A DNA stretch of 62,607 nt, filler included, from Stramenopiles sp. TOSAG23-3 (lineage: Eukaryota), in the NCBI GenBank assembly GCA_900128585.1. It is 9 parts of 9 records of this genome, joined end to end, with 100 filler letters (N's around TTAATTAATTAA, not from the genome) between each part and the next. Parts side by side here need not be neighbours in the genome. Positions count along the whole stretch, not along the records: positions 55,453 to 57,166 come from LT645495.1; positions 57,267 to 58,980 come from LT645496.1; positions 59,081 to 60,794 come from LT645497.1; positions 60,895 to 62,607 come from LT645498.1; 5 more parts are not named here. One strand, given 5' to 3'. Made by a program: the position numbers and the translations under genes. Below the pieces are notes generated by a model. The model ran no database searches. It saw only the letters and a program-made list of their open reading frames with translations, and was not told where the DNA came from. Every line of letters begins with the position of its first letter. Positions within the stretch are counted from its first letter, which is position 1. Below, piece by piece: positions 56,409 through 62,607 of the stretch.

Positions 56409-56479
56409 ACAGGTGTGGTGTAACGGTAGCACACCGGCCTTCAAAGCCGGGAGTAGGGGCTCGATTCCTCTTACCTGCG
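56409..56479 (+). tRNA. trnW: tRNA-Trp(TCA), UGA-decoding
   Basis: Full cloverleaf ACAGGTG-TG-GTGT-AACGGTA-GCAC-A-CCGGC-CTTCAAA-GCCGG-GAGT-AGGGG-CTCGATT-CCTCT-TACCTGC-G. Short variable loop, so not tRNA-Sec. A1:C72 mismatch and C at position 54. Confidence 0.88.
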
Positions 56480-56755
56480 TTGGCTCGTTCTGCCTTTTAG
56501 TGGGCTTTAGCTCGTGGGCCGTTAGGGCTTAGGCCCTGCAACCTATGCTCCCGCCCTCCCAGGCCTTTGCTGCTGGGTGGGGAGTGCGTTTGGGCTACAG
56601 CACGGCAGGTCTTGGGGTACCCCCGTTCTTAAGCTTCTTTTATAGGGGTGATCTCCCCTTTATTTCCTTAAGTTTACCGGGGCTCACTTGAGGGCCCTAA
56701 CAGTCCCTGCCACCGCACTGGACTCGTGGGTCGCCCTAGCTCTAGTGGGGGCTTG

Positions 56756-56827
56756 TGCGTTATAGCTCAGTGGTAGAGCGTCCGGCTGTTAACCGGAAGG
56801 TCTCGGGTTCAAGCCCCGGTAGCGCCT
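56756..56827 (+). tRNA. trnN: tRNA-Asn(GTT)
   Basis: TGCGTTA-TA-GCTC-AGTGGTA-GAGC-G-TCCGG-CTGTTAA-CCGGA-AGGTC-TCGGG-TTCAAGC-CCCGG-TAGCGCC-T; T1:C72 mismatch. Confidence 0.9.
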
Positions 56828-57138
56828 ATAACCTTGTGCGGCCTGGCTTTCTCAGGCCCTTAAAAGGGTCAAGAGGGCGGGGGTTTTGTGGGTCAGGGGG
56901 TTGGGCTCCCGCCCTAAACTAGGGGTGGGTGGGCTCTGTCATCCCGTGTCTTCGGGCTTGGGTTCCTAGCTGTAGGTCCGGGGTAGGGTTTCTCGGGTAA
57001 GCTGTCCGTCTGGGTGGGTGTTTTACCCCCTTTGTTCTGCCAATCTTGCGGCCCTCGCAACCTCTATCGCCGGCACCTCGTTCTTCCTCGTCCTTCGTTT
57101 GCCCGGGTGTCATGGCCGTATCAGGCCCTGCCGGTTTG

Positions 57139-57166
57139 GCCTGCATAGCTCAATTGGCAGAGCATC
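57139..57166 (+). tRNA. 5' part of a tRNA (identity unknown), cut by contig edge
   Basis: GCCTGCA-TA-GCTC-AATTGGCA-GAGC-A-TC gives an acceptor 5' strand and a canonical D arm. Confidence 0.7.
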
Positions 57167-57290
57167 NNNNNNNNNNNNNNNNNNNNNNNNNNNNNNNNNN
57201 NNNNNNNNNNTTAATTAATTAANNNNNNNNNNNNNNNNNNNNNNNNNNNNNNNNNNNNNNNNNNNNGCTGCGTGTGCTAAACCAATCTTT

Positions 57291-57626
57291 AGGGGGCAAA
57301 ACACCCCCCATACGGGCAGCTTACCCGAGAAGCCCTAAAGCCCACCCAAGCCCTACCCCGGGCCTACAGCTAGGAACCCAGGCCCGAAGACACGGGATGA
57401 CAGAGCCCATCCAATTAACGGCCGGACACCCTACCACTGAGCTATGACGCGCAAGACCCCCCACTAGAGCTGGGGCGACCCACGAGTCCAGTGCGTCGGC
57501 AGGGGCTGTTGGGGCCCTCAAGTGAGCCCAGGTAAACTTAAGGAAATAAAAGGGAAATCACCCCTACAAAGGAAGCTTAAGGGCGGGGGTGCCCCAAGAC
57601 CCGCTGTGCTGTAGCCCAAACACACT
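57291..57626 (-). repeat. diverged copy of 56583-57031 from the preceding contig
   Basis: The reverse complement aligns by eye with mostly transitions, an ~18-nt insertion and loss of about 56793-56927. Confidence 0.9.
57415..57451 (-). pseudogene. trnN: degenerate 5' half of tRNA-Asn
   Basis: CGCGTCATAGCTCAGTGGTAGGGTGTCCGGCCGTTAA versus intact TGCGTTATAGCTCAGTGGTAGAGCGTCCGGCTGTTAA; the 3' half is deleted. Confidence 0.85.
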
Positions 57627-58769
57627 TACCCGTTCCCGACGCACGCAGGCTTTATGACGGAGGGGCAACATGCCCTGACCCGCCCCCATTCAAGCACAAC
57701 CCCAAGTTCCCCGAACCATAGGGTTTATAGGAAGTAAGGTAGGTTAAAGCTTGCTAAAAATGACAACACCCAACCCCTGACCAGAGCCAGCCCAACTACC
57801 CAAACCAAAGCATAGGCCAAAACACAGTGCTTTAGGGCCTGCCTTTGCCAAGGCGGACCTCACCAACAAAAGCACTCCCAGCACTTGGATACGACCGCCG
57901 CCACCCCAGTCCCAACGCCGCAAAAGCCCCGTGACAAACGGAGGCACCAACAAAAACGGCCGGCTCGAAACCAGGCCTACCCTAGTTCACCGGGGTTAGG
58001 CCGATCGCAGTCGGAGGGAGTAAGAAAGAAAGGTTAGCCGGACTGCCAACTCCCAACCCGGACAAGTAACAGACGTCTCGGCTGGTTTTATGCCCCTCTC
58101 AAGGTACCTAAGGGCCAAAAACCGGAGTAACGGCTAACAACGGCCAAACACCCTATCACCAGGCGTGCAAGACTGACCTTCGCTGCGGTCGCGCGAGGTA
58201 AGACCGTGGCTAAACAAGGTTTCAAAAGCCTAACAACCTTCTCGGACGTAGTGCCCCAAGAACATTAAACTCTGGCACCAAAAAAGCTTAGCTAAAAATG
58301 GGCTGACACTGCAGACCCGGCACGGAGTGAGCTCGATAACAAGAGCCTACCCGCCCCTATCATAAGGCAGGAGTTTCGCTCTCTGACCCAAAAAACCGCA
58401 CCACACCAGCTTATGGGCCTTACTGACACCCACAGACCCCTAGACAACGGGCCAGCCTCGTCAGTCGCGTAGCTGCCAAGATCAAGGAACTTGTAGATGC
58501 ACCCTAACGGGACTCAACCGCCCGGAACAGCCCAGATAACGTGCGAAAGTCTTTGCTCACACGATGTTTACCCCCTTTTGGGTATATGCTTACTTATTAG
58601 CCACGGGCTTCTTCGTGATTAATTGAGGACCCAAAATTGGTCGACCACCTCAGACTAAACATGACGGCAAGAGAGGGCCTACTATATTAGCTATTCTAAC
58701 CAGAAGCGGAGTTGAAGAACCCTAGAACTCACCCCCAGCCTATCACTACTGACACAAGGCCGACGCAAA

Positions 58770-58980
58770 AGGATAAGACCGTAGACGGTTACCCAAAACC
58801 GCACCTCAGAATAGGGCCCAATACGTATAGGTAACCAGAAGAACCTTTAGTGCGTTGCCCCAACACCCTTTCCCACTAAAGTAGAAACTGTATGCTCTTT
58901 AGAGGGTCCAAAAAATACGCGTACGCCCAGTACCACCTATAACCCATAAGCCTAGCTACCGCACCAAAAAAACTGTACCC
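58770..58980 (-). pseudogene. cox2: probable decayed cox2 fragment
   Basis: MGYRWYWAYAY (58915-58947) resembles Cox2 IGHQWYWSYEY. About 43 codons later, in another frame, VRFWVT resembles IRFLVT. Stops lie in between. Confidence 0.4.
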
Positions 58981-59080
58981 NNNNNNNNNNNNNNNNNNNN
59001 NNNNNNNNNNNNNNNNNNNNNNNNTTAATTAATTAANNNNNNNNNNNNNNNNNNNNNNNNNNNNNNNNNNNNNNNNNNNN

Positions 59081-59315
59081 AAGAAGAAGAAGAAGAAGAA
59101 GAAGAAGAAGAAGAAGAAGAAGAAGAAGAAAAGAAGAAGAAGAAGGAGAAGAAGAAGAAGAAGAAGAAGAAGAAGAAAGAAGAGAAGAAGAAGAAAGAAG
59201 AAGAAAGAAGAAGAAGAAGAAGAAGGAAGAAGAAGAAGAAGAAAAAAAAGAAAAAGAAGAAGAAGAAAGAAGAAGAAAGAAGAAGAAAGAAGAAGAAGAA
59301 GAAGAAGGAAGAAGA
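59081..59315. repeat. (GAA)n microsatellite at contig start
   Basis: Seen directly. Confidence 0.95.
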
Positions 59316-59557
59316 ATAATATATAATTAGGACTAAAATATTATTATATTATCAATCAATTATTATTATTAATATAATTATTAATTGAAATTGAAATTGA
59401 AATTGAAAATTACAATTTAGATATTTCTTTTTGTTCCATTGTTTGGAGTTCACTGTTTTTTCTTTATCGAAAATTTGAGTAGTTATTTCCTTGTCTTTCT
59501 GCCTTAGTGTTTCTTGTTAACTGTTCTGAGCTACGAGAAATACGACTTTCGTTCATC

Positions 59558-59758
59558 ATGGCGTCGCTTGAGGACCATTTCCGCACCGTGGCGGACGTGA
59601 AAGATTTATTGAATGTGGCGGGGCTTTCTTTGCGTGCAACTGCGGTCGATGCCTTGCTACAGATGACGCGGGGAGGATTGACTGCAGAGGGAGTTTTGGA
59701 AGTTTTGGAGTACATGAAAGAAAGAAAAATACAGGCGAAGTTCACCTCGAGCCGTTGA
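59558..59758 (+). CDS. small helical protein (66 aa), Mozart (MZT1/MZT2)-like
   Basis: VKDLLNVAGLSLRATAVDALLQMTRGGLTAEGVLEVLEYMK has the size and helix-G-helix-G-helix pattern of Mozart microproteins; matched by eye only. Confidence 0.45.
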   Translation: MASLEDHFRTVADVKDLLNVAGLSLRATAVDALLQMTRGGLTAEGVLEVLEYMKERKIQAKFTSSR

Positions 59759-60061
59759 CAAAACGTTGCCAGATCCAACCCAGCCCAGAAATGCATTTGA
59801 ACTAACAAAGAAAGGAGCAAAGGAAGGAACGTGTGCTTGCACGTGCGTTGAGCTTCTTCCATTTTTCAAATTCTTAAGAAATATGCAGTCGTATAATATT
59901 CTTGTACGTACTTAATAAAATTTATAAAAACAAATTAAATAGTATGCTAATTTGTTTTTTTATAGTATGCTTTAAGACTCTCATTTTAATACGATCATTA
60001 GTTTTTTTTTAAATACGACGATCCTTTGCATTTACAAAAGTCAAGCCCTCTCTTCTACTAC

Positions 60062-60793
60062 TCAATCCCATAAATCTCGGTAAATGAGGCACAGGCTGGC
60101 GGTCAGCTCGAAACTGTCCAAGAAGCGGATATGTGCCGCTCGCCCGATCAAGGTGTCCAGCCCACTCTCCTCGAATTTAAAAGACACGTCCACTTTCTCC
60201 ACGCGGCTGGCTGTGACCCCCTTCCACACGAACTCAAGCATCTCCCGGTACGCCTGCCCGTTTCCAGAGACGTCGTTGATGGCTGCACGACAGATTTCAA
60301 GGCGTGCCGAATGGTAGGGGGAGTACGTGTCCGTGTGGCTGCTCACCAGGACCACTTTCTTCTTAAACAGGGACAGGCCGCCAGACTTTGAAAGGCCGTA
60401 CATGAACGAGCTCGGCACATCGCGGGCGTCCGTAAGCGACACCTGCTCCAGCGCCAAGCTTTTCTTCCACCGTTTCATTAGCCATAGACCAGTGTTGATA
60501 TAATTTGGAGAGAACATGTGCCCCGCGTGGGGGGACGACAACGTCATGAAAGAGTGAAGCTTGTCTAAATACGGAGACATGGTCTTCGTCTGGAGCGCGG
60601 TCCGAACAATAACGGAGCCAATTGAATGTCCGATGAAACTAAGGCGCGCCATTTTTCGCCCCCCGTAACCGCACTTGTCTTCTATGTACTTTGCTATTTC
60701 TTTCGCCAGACGCTCTCCCATAACTTCGAAGTTCACGTCCGTGTCGTTCTGGTTCGACGTCGCGATCAAGTACTTGTAGTGAGGGAAAAGGAA
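60062..60793 (-). CDS. FAM135: FAM135/DUF676 lipase-like protein, C-terminal part (5'-truncated)
   Basis: MGERLAKEI, RLSFIGHSIG, LSSPHAG, TGLWLMKRWKKSLALEQ, PYHSAR, IGRAAHIRFLD. Confidence 0.87.
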   Translation of the reverse strand, partial: FLFPHYKYLIATSNQNDTDVNFEVMGERLAKEIAKYIEDKCGYGGRKMARLSFIGHSIGSVIVRTALQTKTMSPYLDKLHSFMTLSSPHAGHMFSPNYINTGLWLMKRWKKSLALEQVSLTDARDVPSSFMYGLSKSGGLSLFKKKVVLVSSHTDTYSPYHSARLEICRAAINDVSGNGQAYREMLEFVWKGVTASRVEKVDVSFKFEESGLDTLIGRAAHIRFLDSFELTASLCLIYRDLWD

Positions 60794-62607
60794 GNNNNNN
60801 NNNNNNNNNNNNNNNNNNNNNNNNNNNNNNNNNNNNNNTTAATTAATTAANNNNNNNNNNNNNNNNNNNNNNNNNNNNNNNNNNNNNNNNNNNNATTAAG
60901 ATGCACTCGCGCATTGTGTTTTATGTTCGTTTGGGGTGGTTTGTAAATAAATGTTATGTTTATTTCTTTGTTTTTATCGCTTTGAGTAAAACTTTCTGTT
61001 TCTTTTACTTCTTTTAAATACTTTTCTTACATTGACGTATGTCACTTTGGAACGTCGAAGTGTCGCGACGTGTGGTTGCGTGTTGCAGGGGAGTGTGTGT
61101 GTGTGCATACTGCACAATACAAGGGGAGGCATGGGAGGCATGGGGGATGGGAACCTCTTTTAGATTGGGATGTCAATGCTGTGTCTACCTTTGCAGACAA
61201 ATACCAATTTGACAAATGATCCATGGCTTCTTGGATTTTAATGCTATGTGCCTGTAAGTAATAAATATGAATTTCTAAAACCTGTGAATGCTACTTTTGA
61301 TTTTCAATGCTATTTCTATGTTAATTATTTGTTTTTGAAGCGATTTTTTGTTGTTGTAAAAATTCGGTGTGCAGTCCGTCCGCGCCATAAAAAAAAGGGA
61401 AAAAAGGAATTAATGAAATATTTCATTTGATTTCGGAGTTTTCCAAAGGCTCGTTGTGGATGATGTGACCCATTAAATTTGGCAGTTTTCTGAAAATATG
61501 TGAAAACATTTTTTTCTTACTTTTTCTAAAATAATTTACTTTATTTTTTTCATTGTTTCATTTGGAAACAATTAGGAATTTAACGATCAAATGATCGAAT
61601 GAATTTTGATTCGATATCAATGCTCTGTACCTTCTAATTTTGAACTTGGCAGTCCGTTTAAAATACGTTAAATTTCTTTTGCCTCAAAAAAGAAAAAACT
61701 GAGCAATTTCTACGGTCATTTTCAATGCTATTACTATGTTATAATTTAAACGGTGAAAATCCGTTTCTTTCTTTCTTTTTCTTTTTTCTTCTTTTGATTT
61801 TTGCCGTTGCATTTTAATCTTCAATTTAAAACCAGATATTACAATATTATTTTGAAGGATAAATATGTATACTATTTGATTACTAAACCAAAAGAAAAAC
61901 AAAGTTAGAACATAAGATTTTAATAAAAGAAGAAATCGAACGATCATTCCGTTGAACAACGTTTTCCCCTCTCCCCCTAACGGTCTCAAAAAGAACCTGA
62001 TATTTCAAAAAAATACTGGAAATTAAAACAGGCTGAGATATTAATTCTCAGATATCTACTTTTTGCTATCAGAAAGAAAGAAAGAAAACGGACCAAAAAA
62101 ACAAAATCAAACTTGTTGGCTGAAGAAAGACCTCTTTTTTTTAGATTGATGTCGGAGGGATGGAGGCGAGTCAAGCAAAGCATCCCATACTATTGTGTGT
62201 TGATAAATTATATTCTAAATTAAATTTAAAAAAAAAAGTTCTCATTTTTTAAGTTTTTTTTTTACTACTTTCAATTATTCAATGGTATTCCTATGTATAT
62301 TTTGACCGTTCAACCACTTGCAGGTTCCCCCCCTATTTTTAGCCACTAAGAAACGAGACCAGGGACACAACAGCAAACAACCAAAAAGACAAGAAGTGCG
62401 CCAAGTTAAACCATCAGTATATATATACCACCGTCCTTCCATAAGCATCACGCTGACAACACACATTCGATTTCAAAGTCTTAAAAGAATTTACAACGCC
62501 ATTTCATTCAATTAATAAAACAAGAAACAAACAAAGAAATAAACATAACATTTATTTACAAACCACCCCAAACGAACATAAAACACAATGCGCGAGTGCA
62601 TCTTAAT

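Noticed and set aside
56409-56479. tRNA-Sec or nuclear opal suppressor
   Set aside because: It has a 4-nt variable loop and standard 7/5 stems, and the context is mitochondrial with TGA among Trp codons. Nuclear genes here use TGA as stop.
56590-57090. Weak nad2-, nad4L- and cox1-like peptides (GVPPFLSFF; LTVPATALDSWVALALV; SGWVFYPLCS)
   Set aside because: Too short and degenerate to separate from chance without a profile search.
58515-58615. SSU rRNA-like words on the minus strand (GAAGAAGCCCGTGGCTAA...CGTTATCTGG)
   Set aside because: The universal GTGCCAGCAGCCGCGGTAA between them is absent and the spacing is wrong.
55453-58980. Equal 1714-bp lengths as evidence of fixed-size minicircles
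   Set aside because: The next nuclear contig is also 1714 bp and the last is 1713 bp, so length sorting explains it; the first contig also starts and ends inside tRNAs.
60895-62607. Genes in the last contig
   Set aside because: Only short AT-rich ORFs with no coding signature.

Overview
Nine unrelated contigs joined by artificial 100-nt linkers (N44-TTAATTAATTAA-N44): five of about 11 kb and four of 1713-1714 bp. Seven look like nuclear DNA of a compact, intron-poor flagellated protist, probably a stramenopile (inferred from the AP-1 mu sequence, not a phylogeny). Their CDSs are GC-rich and the spacers AT-rich and full of microsatellites. Recognisable products: DEAD-box helicase, NDUFAF7, HMG-box protein, PTEN-like phosphatase, AP1M, mL41, SNM1, C2CD5, TSNAXIP1, Wee1/Myt1, MAM33, a giant 10-WW protein, RTCB (2 introns), an EF-hand sensor, class II PRS, DUF179, Nudix, WD40-like, Mozart-like and FAM135. 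The two contigs at 55453-57166 and 57267-58980 are very different: GC-rich, G/T-skewed and mitochondrion-like. They carry trnM(CAT), trnW(TCA) and trnN(GTT), a 152-aa ORF with a nad6-like N-terminus that is open only if UGA=Trp, an internally deleted atp9 whose odd codons are mostly C-to-U correctable, a probable cox2 remnant, a perfect 32-bp inverted repeat and a shared diverged segment. Together these suggest a scrambled, multi-copy, GC-drifting (possibly edited) organellar genome of unknown owner. All calls come from reading motifs by eye; no database searches were run.
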